Source: an uncultured delta proteobacterium
GTDB taxonomy: Bacteria > Myxococcota_A > UBA9160 > UBA4427
Assembly: GCA_963822965.1 (NCBI GenBank)
Contig: CAWGJT010000006.1
Location: 544,001-608,000, forward strand
Direction: 5' to 3'
Length of the DNA stretch: 64,000 bases
Numbering within the stretch: position 1 is the stretch's first letter; every line of letters starts with the position of its first letter. The notes below the pieces were generated by a model, which saw nothing but the letters and a program-made list of their open reading frames with translations, ran no database searches and was not told where the DNA came from. Shown piece after piece: positions 51,649 through 61,673 of the stretch. Position numbers and translations under genes: made by a program.

Positions 51649-52512
51649 ATGAAGTTCGGCCTGATGTTCGTCAATTCCGGGCCCTTCTCGGTACCCGAGA
51701 CCTTCGACACCCTGGTCCGCACCGCCGACGAGGTGGGCTTCGAGTCGCTCTGGACCGTCGAGCACGTCGTGGTCCCCGTGGGCTACGAGTCCGAGTACCC
51801 GTACAGCCCGACCGGCAAGATGCCCGGGGACGAGACCTCGCCGATTCCCGATCCGCTGCTGCCCCTGGCCTATGCGGCGGCCGTCACGAAGAAGATCCGC
51901 CTGGGAACCGGCATCCTGATCCTGCCCCAGCGCCACCCCGCCTACGTCGCCAAGGAGTTCGCGACCCTGGACGTGCTCTCCCGCGGGCGCGCGATGGCCG
52001 GCGTGGGCATCGGCTGGCTGCGCGAGGAGTTCGACGTGGTGGGGGTCCCGTTCCGCGAGCGCGCCGCGCGCACCGAGGAGGCCGTGCGCGCCATCCGTTC
52101 CCTGTGGAGCGAAGGCGCGCAGCCCTTCGAGGGTGAGTACTACCGCTGGAAGGCGGTGGAGTCGAACCCCAAGCCCGTGCAGAAGCCCGGCGTGCCCATC
52201 GTCGTCGGGGGCCACGTGGAGGGTGCCGCCCGCCGCGCCGCACGCGTGGGCGACGGCTTCTTTCCGGCGCGGGGCGACCTCCCGACCCTCAAGCCCCTGC
52301 TCGACGCCCTGCGCGACGAGTGCGGCAAGACGGGCCGAAATCCCGACGAGATCGAGATCTCGACGGGTGCGCCCTCCCTCGACCTCGACACCGTTCGGCG
52401 TTACGAGGACCTGGGCGTCGCGCGGCTGGTGATGGCGCCGCCCGCCTTCGACCCCGAGGGCCTGAAGGCCGCCCTGCCGAAGCTCGCCGAGGACCTGATC
52501 CGGAAGGCCTGA
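51649..52512 (+). CDS. LLM-class F420-dependent oxidoreductase (Rv2161c-like)
   Basis: GFESLWTVEHVVVP..YES.YPYSPTG, PDPL..LAYAAA.T..IRLGTGILILPQRHP. Confidence 0.92.
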   Translation: MKFGLMFVNSGPFSVPETFDTLVRTADEVGFESLWTVEHVVVPVGYESEYPYSPTGKMPGDETSPIPDPLLPLAYAAAVTKKIRLGTGILILPQRHPAYVAKEFATLDVLSRGRAMAGVGIGWLREEFDVVGVPFRERAARTEEAVRAIRSLWSEGAQPFEGEYYRWKAVESNPKPVQKPGVPIVVGGHVEGAARRAARVGDGFFPARGDLPTLKPLLDALRDECGKTGRNPDEIEISTGAPSLDLDTVRRYEDLGVARLVMAPPAFDPEGLKAALPKLAEDLIRKA

Positions 52513-52568
52513 CCCGCGTGCGCCGCGTCGGCGCGCCACGGACGGGAGACGCGGGAGGCCCCATCGGA

Positions 52569-53141
52569 ATGCCGAAGCCGTACGCGCGAAGCGACGAGCC
52601 GGAGCAGCGGAAGGCACCGGAAGGGCGAGAGGAGCAGCTCCTGGCGCGCATCGCCGCCCTCGAGGCGCGCCTCGCCGCCGTGGAGAGCGTGCAGGCGATC
52701 GAGCGGCTGAAGTCGCGCTACGGCCAGCTGGCCGACAGCCGCTATGGACCGGACGGCGTGGTCCCGCGCGAGCGGCTCGAGCGCATCGCCGGCGAGCTCG
52801 CGGCGCTCTTCCACGAGGACGCCGTATGGGACGGCGGCCCGGGCCTCGGGGTCTGCCGCGGGCGCGAGGCGATCCGGCAGCGCTTCCTCGAGCCCACCCT
52901 CTCCTTCTCGTGGCACTACTTCGTGAAGCCCCACATCGAGGTCGAGGGGGACCGTGCACGCGGTACCTGGGACATCCTCGCTCCCTGCACCAGCCGCGAC
53001 GGCCGCGCCCTGTGGATGTCGGGCTTCGAGGAGGACGAGTACGTGTGCCAGGGCGGCATCTGGCTTCACGCTTCGATGAAGCTGGAGCTGGTATTCCTGG
53101 CGCCCCACGACCGGGGCTGGGCGAAGCGCCCGCCGGGCTGA
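52569..53141 (+). CDS. SnoaL/NTF2-like protein
   Basis: LEARLAAVESVQAIERLKSRY, LFHEDAVWDG, GREAI, IEVEGDRARGTW, DEYV. Confidence 0.85.
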   Translation: MPKPYARSDEPEQRKAPEGREEQLLARIAALEARLAAVESVQAIERLKSRYGQLADSRYGPDGVVPRERLERIAGELAALFHEDAVWDGGPGLGVCRGREAIRQRFLEPTLSFSWHYFVKPHIEVEGDRARGTWDILAPCTSRDGRALWMSGFEEDEYVCQGGIWLHASMKLELVFLAPHDRGWAKRPPG

Positions 53142-53153
53142 GATCTCCGCGCG

Positions 53154-54581
53154 TCAGTCGGGCCCGGCACCCTCGCCTTCCTCGGAGCCGTCCGCTGCCT
53201 CCTCCACGTAGCCGATCTCGCGCAGGCGCTTGCGGATCTCGGGATCGACGGCCCGGGCCGGTACGTCCGCGTCGGGGGCGGCGTCCACGCCGATCTCCGC
53301 CGCCCGGGCCTGCAGCAGGGCGGCCACCTCCGGACGCTCCCCCAGCACGTCGGTCCGCTCCGCCGGGTCGCGACCCAGGTCGAAGAGCCGGTGCGGGGCG
53401 TCGTCCCGCGAGACGTACTTGAAGCGGCTGCCGGCCACGTCGGCGGTGAGCGCCCAGCGCGCCGCTCGGATCTGGGCGAGCACCGTGCCCCCGTCCGGCG
53501 GTGCGGCGTCGCCGGGCGCGGCACCGAGCAGCGCCGCCGCGTAGCTGCGGCCGGGCAGCGCGTCGGGCTCGGGCACCCCCGCCAGCTCCAGCAGGGTCGG
53601 CAGCACGTCGACGCTCTGCACCGGCGCGTCGATCACGCGACCGGCCGCGATGTGGCCGGGCCACCAGACGAGAAGCGGCACCCGCACCAGCTCCTCGTGG
53701 AGACGCCGGGAGTGGGAGAGGCCACCGTGCTCCTTGAACTCCTCGCCATGGTCGGACGTGACGACCACGATCGTGCCGGGGGTGCCCGGCCGGGGTGCGA
53801 GCCGTGCGAAGAGCCTCGAGAGCTGCACGTCGAGGAAGCGGATCTCCCCGTCGTAGAGCGCCTGCAGCCAGTCCAGCACGTCGGGAGGGACCGGCTTGTC
53901 CGCCCCGTCGTGGAAGTAGAGGTAGTCGGACGTGCCTTCGGGTCGCAGGCCCGCGAGCCCGGGATGCCAACGGCTCCGGAAGGGCTCGGGCGGCGCATAG
54001 GGCTGGTGCGGGTCGAAGTAATGCAGGAAGGCGAACCAGGGCTCCGGGGTCTGCTCCTGCCACGCGAGAAAGGCGTCGGTGAGCGCTTCGCTGCGGGCGT
54101 TCTTCACGAGCTCGTCGAAGCGCAGGAAGCGCTCGAAGCCCTGGTCGAAGCCCGTATCGCCCCGGAAGCGGACGGAGCTCGCGGCCCCGAAGGTGCGGTA
54201 GCCCGCCGCCGCGAAGCGCTCGGCCAGGGTGTTCTCGCTGGCGGCCACCGGGAGCCCCACGTGGTAGCTGCCGTGCTGGAACGGGTAGCGACCGGTGAAG
54301 AGCGACGCGTGGGTGGGCACGGTGCTGGACGACTGGGCGTAGGAGCTCGCGAAGCGGGCTCCGTCCTCCGCCAGGCGGGTGAGCGAGGGCGCCGTCTCCC
54401 GCCCGTAGCCGTAGGCGGCCAGATGATCGGCTCGCAGGGTGTCGATGGAGACCAGCAGCACGTTGGGCCGCGACGCGCGGCCGCAGCCCTGCGCGAGGAC
54501 CGAGCCCAGCACGAGCCCGAGAACGGCGAGCGCGGGCCAGACCCGTCGTCCCGCTTCCGCCCGTCCTCGCTCCCGGATCAC
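53154..54581 (-). CDS. Sulfatase-like lipoprotein with non-canonical active site
   Basis: PNVLLVSIDTLRADHL..YGY, SSSTVPTHASLFTG, FLHYFDPHQPY, YDGEI, TSDHGEEF, LREIGYV; start uncertain. Confidence 0.9.
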   Translation of the reverse strand: MIRERGRAEAGRRVWPALAVLGLVLGSVLAQGCGRASRPNVLLVSIDTLRADHLAAYGYGRETAPSLTRLAEDGARFASSYAQSSSTVPTHASLFTGRYPFQHGSYHVGLPVAASENTLAERFAAAGYRTFGAASSVRFRGDTGFDQGFERFLRFDELVKNARSEALTDAFLAWQEQTPEPWFAFLHYFDPHQPYAPPEPFRSRWHPGLAGLRPEGTSDYLYFHDGADKPVPPDVLDWLQALYDGEIRFLDVQLSRLFARLAPRPGTPGTIVVVTSDHGEEFKEHGGLSHSRRLHEELVRVPLLVWWPGHIAAGRVIDAPVQSVDVLPTLLELAGVPEPDALPGRSYAAALLGAAPGDAAPPDGGTVLAQIRAARWALTADVAGSRFKYVSRDDAPHRLFDLGRDPAERTDVLGERPEVAALLQARAAEIGVDAAPDADVPARAVDPEIRKRLREIGYVEEAADGSEEGEGAGPD

Positions 54582-54667
54582 CCGCCCCCCCGCTCTTCGG
54601 CCCGGCCAGTCTACCCGATCGCCGTGGGGGACATGCCCGGCCTCGGCCGATACCATTGGCCCCGCCG

Positions 54668-56690
54668 ATGACCACGCCGCCGCAGCCGCCCGAGCCGGAT
54701 CCGAGCACCAGCGCTTCCGCGTCCTCCGGCGGAGGACCCTCCCGCAGCCTGGCGTACGCGGCCGTGCAGGTCGCCGTCGCGGGCTGGCTGGTGGCGTGCT
54801 CTCGCCTCCTCACGAGCGTGGAGCCCGACCTGGCCGGCCTGCTCGACGACGCCACCCTCGTCTGCCTCTACGCGGCGTTGCAGACGGTCCTGTTCGTGAA
54901 GCTGACCGGCGTGGGCTCGCGGGCGGGCGCCGGGCTCGCGGTGGCGACCGCGCTCGCGGCCCTCGTCTTCACCAACGAGGTCTTCTTCAGCTTCTTCCAC
55001 ACGAACCTGAGCTTCGCTTCGCTGCAGCTCGCAGGTATCGCGACGGCGGCGACGTCCTCGATCACCGACCTGCTCACGCCGGCGAACGTGGTGGGCCTGC
55101 TGCTGCTTCCGGTCGCCGTCGAGGCGGCGGCCCTGGTCCGCCTGGCGGCCCATCGCCGCGACCGGGACGCCACCCTCGCCTGGGGCCTCCTCTTCCTGGG
55201 GCTGCTGATCGCGGGACTCTGCGTCCGCGCTGCGCGAGCCGGTATTCCTGTTCAGCCAGAACAACCCCACCCTGGCCCTGGCGCGCGACGTCTCGACCCG
55301 CGCCCTGGCCGGGCTCGGCTTCACCCGGAATCGCGCCGAGAGCGGACAGGACGTCCTGTCCCTGCTGAACCGCGAGGGCTATCGCGCGTACACCCCCGCC
55401 GGCGGCGCCGAGCGGCCCCTGCTGCAGGAGCCTCTGCCCGGCACCGCCTCCGGCCCGGTGGCGGCAACGCCGCCCAACGTCGTCGTCATCCTGATGGAAT
55501 CGGTGCGCGGCTTCGAGATGCAGGGCGCGTCCCGCGCCCTGCCCGTCACCCCCGACCTGAACGCCCTCGAGTCGGAGAGCCTCCTCTTCCCCACGTTCTA
55601 CGCCAACGGCATGACCACGGTGGACGGCGAGTTCTCGCTGCTGTGCAGCGCGCTTCCCGTGGTCAACGAGGCGCCGGTCTACGTGCGCAAGCCCGACCTC
55701 GACATCCGCTGCCTGCCCGAGATCCTCCGGGAGAACGGCTACGAGACCCACTGGATCTCCGCCTACAAGTCGACCTACGCGAACAAGCGCCGCTTCCTGC
55801 TGCACCACGGGGTCGACCACGTCCACGACGAGGACGCCCTCGACCCCGGCGCCGCCAGGCACCCGCAGGTCGGGTGGGGAATGGGCGACGTGGACATGTT
55901 CGCCCAGGCGGTCGACATGATGGACGGCTTCCGACGGCCGTTCTTCGTCGAGGTGATGACCCTCTCGAACCACCACCCGTTCGACCACGACTACGATCTC
56001 GACTTTCCGGCCTCGTTCGACTCCGTGCGAGGGAACCTCCACTACCACAACTATCTGAAGGGCATGTACTACACGGACCACGCCATCGGCGGGTTCCTGG
56101 CGGCGGCCCGGGAGCGACCGTGGTTCGCCAACACGATCTTCGTCATCCTGGGCGACCACGCGGTGCGCGCCTTTCCCGACGGCCCGGGAGGCGAGTCCCT
56201 CGGCCCGGTGCTCGAGACGGAGATCTACTTCCGCGGCCGTCTCCAGATCTACGCGCCGGCGCTCCTCACGCCGGCGCGCATCGACGTCGTGGGCAGCCAG
56301 ATCGACGTCGCGCCCACCCTGCTCGACCTGCTGGGCATCCGCACGCCCAACAGCTTCCTCGGGGTGAGCCTGCTGGCCGACGTCCCCCCCGAGCGTCGCT
56401 TCGCGCTCATGAACATCGGGCACCTGTTCAACATCCGCAGCGGTCACGACTACTGCTATTCGGTGGGCTACACGTGCTTTCGCAAGGTCTTCCCGCGTTG
56501 CCCGACGGGTGTCGAGCCCAGCTCCGCGGGGCACACGTGCTTCGAGCTCGATGGAGACCTGCTGGCCGGAGCTCGAGACCCCGGGAGCCTGCGGACCCTC
56601 GACCCGCTGGAGCGGGCGCGGACCCTCGACCGTGCCCAGCGCGTGATGGACCTGAACGCGCGACTGATCGAGGAAGACCGCTTTCGCTAG
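54668..56690 (+). CDS. LTA-synthase (LtaS/MdoB)-family membrane phosphotransferase, +1 frameshift near 55220
   Basis: N-terminal TM segments; after the shift NNPT...PNVVVILMES, TPDLN, NGMTTVDGEF, TLSNHHPF, YTDHAIG, LGDH, GSQIDVAPTLLDLLG. Confidence 0.82.
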
Positions 56691-56698
56691 GGGTGCGA

Positions 56699-57370
56699 TC
56701 ACTCGCGCGTGACGAAGCGAGCCCCTCCGCGGTAGTGGATGAAGGGAGCACCCGGCAGGGGAGCACCGCCGAGGCGGGCCGCCACCTCCCGCAGGACGTC
56801 CGCGGTCACCTCGATGATCTCGAGCTCGAGCGCCCGGGGAATCGGCAGCCACGCGAGATCGAGCAGCTCTCCGTTGCTGCGCAGCCCCCCGGAGAGCTCC
56901 CCGGCGTCCGTGAGGAAGAAGCGCGCGTGGTAGCGAATCGGGTTGGTCGCCGGCGTGATGGCCCGGCCCACGTACTCGAGGCGTGCGAGATCGGGACGCA
57001 GCCCGTGCTCGGGGTCGGGCTCGCCCAGCAGGAGTCCCGTCTCCTCCCAGGTCTCGCGAATGGCGGCCACCGCCAGGGCCCGGGCGCGCGCAGGGGCGGT
57101 CGTGGCGTGCAGGCGGGCGGCGACGTGGGGCCGCAGCTCGCTCGCCGCCGGGTGCGCGGCGTCCGTGGGGTCCACCCGGCCGCCGGGAAACACGTAGACG
57201 TCGGGCATGAAGCGGTCGCGCGCCGGACGCCGGCCCATCAGCACCTCGGCGTCGCGACCGCGGCCTCGGGCCACCACCAGCGTGGCGGCATCCCGGGGTC
57301 GCGAACGGGTCGCCCCACCGCGCGGTCCGGAACGCCCTCCGGACCCGGCGCGCCTCCGGTCTACGCTCAC
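56699..57370 (-). CDS. NUDIX hydrolase
   Basis: PRDAATLVV, FMPDVYVFPGGRVD, AAIRETWEETG, RAITP..PIRYHARFF; GTG overlaps the upstream TGA. Confidence 0.9.
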   Translation of the reverse strand: MSVDRRRAGSGGRSGPRGGATRSRPRDAATLVVARGRGRDAEVLMGRRPARDRFMPDVYVFPGGRVDPTDAAHPAASELRPHVAARLHATTAPARARALAVAAIRETWEETGLLLGEPDPEHGLRPDLARLEYVGRAITPATNPIRYHARFFLTDAGELSGGLRSNGELLDLAWLPIPRALELEIIEVTADVLREVAARLGGAPLPGAPFIHYRGGARFVTRE

Positions 57371-57798
57371 GCGGCAGCGGTACGGTGCGGCTCGTAGCTC
57401 CGCGGCGCACCCACACGCCGCTCCTGCCGCACCCCGTCGAGAGGCCGCTCGAGGAGCGACTCCCAATCCACCGCGGGCAGGAAGGCCGCGTCGCGACCGC
57501 GCGACGAGGCGTCGCGCCGGAAGTCACCGATCGCCTCGTTGCCGCCGCGACACAGGTTGCGGGCACCCTGGGGATCCCGCCGCACGCGCCGCAGCAGCCG
57601 CTCGAAGCGGCTCCCCGAGAGCGCGCGGATCGCCACGAACACCTGCTCGGTGTCGTCGGGGTTCCGGATCAGGCGCTGGAAGGCGCGGCGGGCCGCCAGC
57701 GGGCGCACCCTGCGGTCCCAGCGGGCGCGCGGGGCCGCACGCCAGCGCGCGACGGGCCGGGCACGAGACTTCGCTGCCGCGGCCGGGGCATCCATCAT
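57367..57798 (-). pseudogene. Coq4-family gene with central deletion
   Basis: N-terminal RPLAA.RA..RLI.NPDDTEQVF.....L.G joins directly to C-terminal RG..AAFLPAVDWE.LLERPL..VR; the central HDxxH metal motif is absent. Confidence 0.6.
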
Positions 57799-57829
57799 CG
57801 GGCCAGAGTCGCGGCTCGACGAGACGGCG

Positions 57830-58618
57830 TCAACCGCCGCCGGATCGGCGCGACACGGTACCCGCGGCATCCCGCGCGGCCCGCAGGTCGCGGGCGACGC
57901 CGCGTGCCAGGGTCCCCGAATCGCTCGTCACCGTGATCAGGCGATAGCCCGTCTCCACGTGCTTGCCGGCCAGCTCGGCGTTGGCATGGATGCCCGCCGG
58001 AATGCCCGCGCGCGCGCAGGCCTCTGCGATCCGCCGATACCCGGCCTGGTAGGGATCCGGATTGTCCGCGGCGGGCGGCATCCCCAGTGCGAGGCTCAGG
58101 TCGTTGGGCCCCACGTAGACCGCGTCCACCCCGGGCACCGCGAGAATGTCGTCCAGCGCCTCGAGCGCAGCGCGCGTCTCGATCATCGGGATGCAGAGGA
58201 CCTCTTCGTTCGCGTGCCGCGCGTAGTCCGGGCCTGCGACCCACGCCGCCCGGTGGGGGCCGAAGCTGCGCGCGCCCGCGGGCGGATAGCGCGAGGCCGA
58301 CACCGCCCTGTGCACGTCGTCGGGCGTCTCGATCAGGGGCACGACGATTCCCAGGGCGCCGGCATCGAGCGCCCGCCCGATGGCCGCGAAGTCGTTGGCG
58401 GGCACGCGCACCCACGGCACCGAGCCCGCAGCGTGGATGGCGAGGAGCATCTCGGCGGCGGCCGCGTAGTCGATCAGGCCGTGCTGCAGGTCGACGCACA
58501 CGTAGTCGAAGCCCTGGTGGCTCACGATCTCCGCCGCGTACGAGCTGGCGATGCCGAGCCAGGCGCCGAAGCAGGGCTCGCCGGCGGCCAGACGCTCTTT
58601 CAGGGGACGACTCGTCAT
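57830..58618 (-). CDS. HpcH/HpaI aldolase family protein
   Basis: GFDYVCVDLQHG, PWVRVP, ALDAGA.GIVVP, YPPAGARSFG, MIET, VYVGPNDL. Confidence 0.92.
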   Translation of the reverse strand: MTSRPLKERLAAGEPCFGAWLGIASSYAAEIVSHQGFDYVCVDLQHGLIDYAAAAEMLLAIHAAGSVPWVRVPANDFAAIGRALDAGALGIVVPLIETPDDVHRAVSASRYPPAGARSFGPHRAAWVAGPDYARHANEEVLCIPMIETRAALEALDDILAVPGVDAVYVGPNDLSLALGMPPAADNPDPYQAGYRRIAEACARAGIPAGIHANAELAGKHVETGYRLITVTSDSGTLARGVARDLRAARDAAGTVSRRSGGG

Positions 58619-58623
58619 CCGTG

Positions 58624-60690
58624 CTACTCCCGCCCCGTCTCGCCCGGCAGGCGCAGGGCCACCAGCGCCGCCGGCTGCTCGCGGTCGCCCACGGAGAAGA
58701 CGATCCACTGGTGGCCCTGGTGGAGATAGGTCATCGGGCAGCCGCGGACCTTGCCGGGCACCCGCAGATGGCCCACGAGCGCGCCGGTCGCCTTGTCGAA
58801 CGCATAGAAGAGCGGCTCGGCGGGGTCCGTGTCGCGGTGCTTCGGCAGCAGCATGTGCGCGCCCTCCCCCGCCATCACCAGGGTGCGGGTCGCCAGGACA
58901 CAGGTCGGAGCCCCGGAGCCGAGAGGCGGGAGATCGAGGTCACGCAGGCGCGGATGGTTCCGCGGTCCGTCGCCCACCGGCACCTGCCACGCGAGGGTGC
59001 CTCGGTCGAGATCGATGGCCGTCAGGGTCGAGTAGGGAGGCTTCACCAGGGGCAGACTCTCGGCGGTGTAACGTCCGTCGGGCACCCAGACCGGATCCGC
59101 CCGGTCGGTGACGAAGCGGAAGCCCTCCCCGGCGCTCCCTTCACCGGGCTCCTCCCCCGGCTTGACCGACAGGACCATCGGCTTCCGGATGGACGGCACG
59201 AAGAGCATGCGGGCCTCGGGGTCGTACGCCGCTCCCCGCCAGTTCGAGCCGCCGACGGTTCCGGGCAGCGCGATGGTGCCCTGCCGCGAGGGCGGCGTGA
59301 AGAGCGGGCCGGTGCGGTAGCGGCGGAATACCGCCAGCGCCTCCGCGCGAAGCTCCGGCGTGAAGTCGATGAGGTTTTCCTCGAGCGCTCCCTGCAGCTC
59401 GAAGGGCGGCGGCTTCGTGGGAAAGGGCTGTGTGGGCGAAGCCCGTTCGCCAGGCACGTCGGAGGCGGGAACCGGCCGCTCCTCGATGGGCCAGACGGGC
59501 TCGCCCGTGGCGCGGTCGAACACGAACGTGAAGCCGTGCTTCGTGACCTGGGCGACCGCAGCGATCGTCCGGCCCGCGACCCGGGCCTCCACCAGGTTGG
59601 CGGGAGCACCGGGATCGTAATCCCACAGACCGTGGTGGACGAGCTGCCGGTACCAGCGCAGGGCGCCGGTGCGAGCGTCCAGGGCCACGAGGCTCTCACC
59701 GTAGAGCCCGTCGCCGGGGCGATGACCGCCGTAGAAGTCGTTCGTGGGCGACGAGGTGGTGAGGAAGACGGTGTCCGTCTCCACGTCCGCCGTGATGGGA
59801 CCCCACACGTTGGCGGCCCCGTTGTCCCGCCACGAGTCGGCGCCCCACGTCTCGTGCCCCGCCTCGTCGCCCGCCGGCACCGTGTGGAACGTCCACCGCG
59901 GCTGTCCGGTGCGGGCGTCGTACGCGCGCACGTCACCCGGCAGCGCAGGACGCCGCAGGGGCCGGTCGTCGATGCTGCTGCCGACGATCACCGTGTCGCC
60001 GGCGATCGCCGGCGGAGAGGACTGGAAGTAGTCGGTGAGACGCGTCACGGGCTTCGGGCCGCGCAGCCCCGCCAGCAGATCCACCCGTCCCGCCTCGCCG
60101 AACCCGGGGATGGGCTTCCCGGTGCGCGCGTCGAGGGCCAGCAGGAAGCCGTCGAGGGTGGTCATGAAGATGCGCGAATCGCCCGGGTCGTCGCGATCGT
60201 GCCACCATGCCACCCCCCGGTGCTTGGAGAAGAGGAAGGTGAGCGGGCTGGTGCGGAACCGGTAGCTCTCGGGGTCGTACACCCAGCGGGGCGCGCCGGT
60301 GCCGGCGTCGAGCGCGAAGACCTGCCCGAGGGACGTGCTGCCGTAGAGCACGCCATCGACCATGAGCGGCGTCACCTGGAAGTCCGCCAGGTCGATCGGA
60401 AAGCGCTGCTTGCGGGGGAGCTTCGCGATCTCGGCCGCCAGCGGGACGTCGGGCGACTCGCTCACCCAGGCGACCTCGAGCCGCTGGAAGTTGCCGGCGT
60501 CGATCTCCGCCAGGGGCGAGTACTTGCTGCCGCCGGGATCTCCGCCGTAGCTGCGCCACTGCCCGTCCTCGGTGCCGAATCGCGGCGCGACGTCCGACTC
60601 GGGCCGGCGGTCGCATCCCCATGCGAGCGCTCCGCCGACGAGGAGCGGCAGCACGAGCGCGCGCGGGGTCGTTCGGATCCGGTGCTTCAA
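58624..60690 (-). CDS. PQQ-dependent (glucose/quinate dehydrogenase-like) lipoprotein
   Basis: WRSYGGD.G..KYSPL.EI, FQVTPLMVDG, GDVRAYDARTG, HHGLWDYD, TKHG..FVFDR.TGEP; lipobox AWGC. Confidence 0.92.
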   Translation of the reverse strand: MKHRIRTTPRALVLPLLVGGALAWGCDRRPESDVAPRFGTEDGQWRSYGGDPGGSKYSPLAEIDAGNFQRLEVAWVSESPDVPLAAEIAKLPRKQRFPIDLADFQVTPLMVDGVLYGSTSLGQVFALDAGTGAPRWVYDPESYRFRTSPLTFLFSKHRGVAWWHDRDDPGDSRIFMTTLDGFLLALDARTGKPIPGFGEAGRVDLLAGLRGPKPVTRLTDYFQSSPPAIAGDTVIVGSSIDDRPLRRPALPGDVRAYDARTGQPRWTFHTVPAGDEAGHETWGADSWRDNGAANVWGPITADVETDTVFLTTSSPTNDFYGGHRPGDGLYGESLVALDARTGALRWYRQLVHHGLWDYDPGAPANLVEARVAGRTIAAVAQVTKHGFTFVFDRATGEPVWPIEERPVPASDVPGERASPTQPFPTKPPPFELQGALEENLIDFTPELRAEALAVFRRYRTGPLFTPPSRQGTIALPGTVGGSNWRGAAYDPEARMLFVPSIRKPMVLSVKPGEEPGEGSAGEGFRFVTDRADPVWVPDGRYTAESLPLVKPPYSTLTAIDLDRGTLAWQVPVGDGPRNHPRLRDLDLPPLGSGAPTCVLATRTLVMAGEGAHMLLPKHRDTDPAEPLFYAFDKATGALVGHLRVPGKVRGCPMTYLHQGHQWIVFSVGDREQPAALVALRLPGETGRE

Positions 60691-61673
60691 CGGGGCAGCA
60701 ACGCGGCCTTTCCCGCCAGCCGCCGCTCGATCAGGTCCGTCAGGACGGCGCCCGCCTCTTCCAGCGGATGCACGCTCGGGACCGTCGGCCGCAGTCGGCC
60801 GTCCTCGATCATGCCCGTGAGGTCGGCCAGCAGGGTCTCGTTGAGATCGCGCTGGCGCGCGGAGGTTCCGCCCCAGTCGACGCCCACCACCTGACAGCTC
60901 TTGAGCAGGACGAGATTGGCGCGGAAGCTGGGGATCTGGCCGCTCGCGAAGCCGATCACCAGATAGCGTCCGCCCGGGGCGAGGGCGCGCAGTGCCGGCT
61001 CGGCGAGCACACCGCCCACCGGGTCGTAGACGACGTCGACGCCGCCGTCCGAGAGCTCCTTGGCGCGCAGCTTGAGCTCATCGGGTCCCGAGGAGCCACC
61101 GTACGGGATCGTCGCGTCGGCGCCTCGCTCGCGACAGCGGGCGAGCTTCTCCTCCGAGGACGCGGCGGCGATCACTCGGGCGCCCCGAGCCTTCGCGACG
61201 TCGATCGCCGCGAGGCCCACGCCGCCCGCGGCGCCCAGCACGAGCACCGTCTCTCCCGGACGCAGGTCTCCGCGACGATCCAGGGCGAAGAGCGCGGTGC
61301 AGTAGCTCTGGACGAAGCAGGCGGCGGTTGCCGGATCGAGCCCCTTCGGAATCGGCAGCAGCGCCCCGGCGCGCACGACGACCTGGGAAGCGAACCCGCC
61401 GACTCCCGTCAGAGCGACCACCGCGTCCCCCGGCGCGACGCCCTGCACGCCGGCACCCAGCCGGGCGACGCGACCCGCCACCTCGCTGCCGGGCACGAAC
61501 GGGGGCGCGGGCTTGATCTGGTAGAGCCCCTGCACCATCAGCGCGTCGACGAAGTTGACGCCGCAGGCCGCGACGTCCACGAGCACCTGGCCGGGCCCGG
61601 GCTCGAGGTCGTCGCGCTCTTCCACCTTCAGGCCCGCCGGCGGACCCAGCTCGTGGCAGACGACGGCGCGCAT
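60687..61673 (-). CDS. NADPH:quinone oxidoreductase (MDR/zeta-crystallin family)
   Basis: GVNFVD...GLYQIKP..PFVPGSE, GAAGGVG, VYDPVGG, IGFASG. Confidence 0.93.
   Translation of the reverse strand: MRAVVCHELGPPAGLKVEERDDLEPGPGQVLVDVAACGVNFVDALMVQGLYQIKPAPPFVPGSEVAGRVARLGAGVQGVAPGDAVVALTGVGGFASQVVVRAGALLPIPKGLDPATAACFVQSYCTALFALDRRGDLRPGETVLVLGAAGGVGLAAIDVAKARGARVIAAASSEEKLARCRERGADATIPYGGSSGPDELKLRAKELSDGGVDVVYDPVGGVLAEPALRALAPGGRYLVIGFASGQIPSFRANLVLLKSCQVVGVDWGGTSARQRDLNETLLADLTGMIEDGRLRPTVPSVHPLEEAGAVLTDLIERRLAGKAALLPR

Noticed and set aside
50173..54855. 1560-aa minus-strand ORF and other very long overlapping ORFs (for example 29222-32584, 19444-22536, 10669-13872)
   Set aside because: Stop-codon scarcity at very high GC; they overlap well-supported genes and lack motifs.
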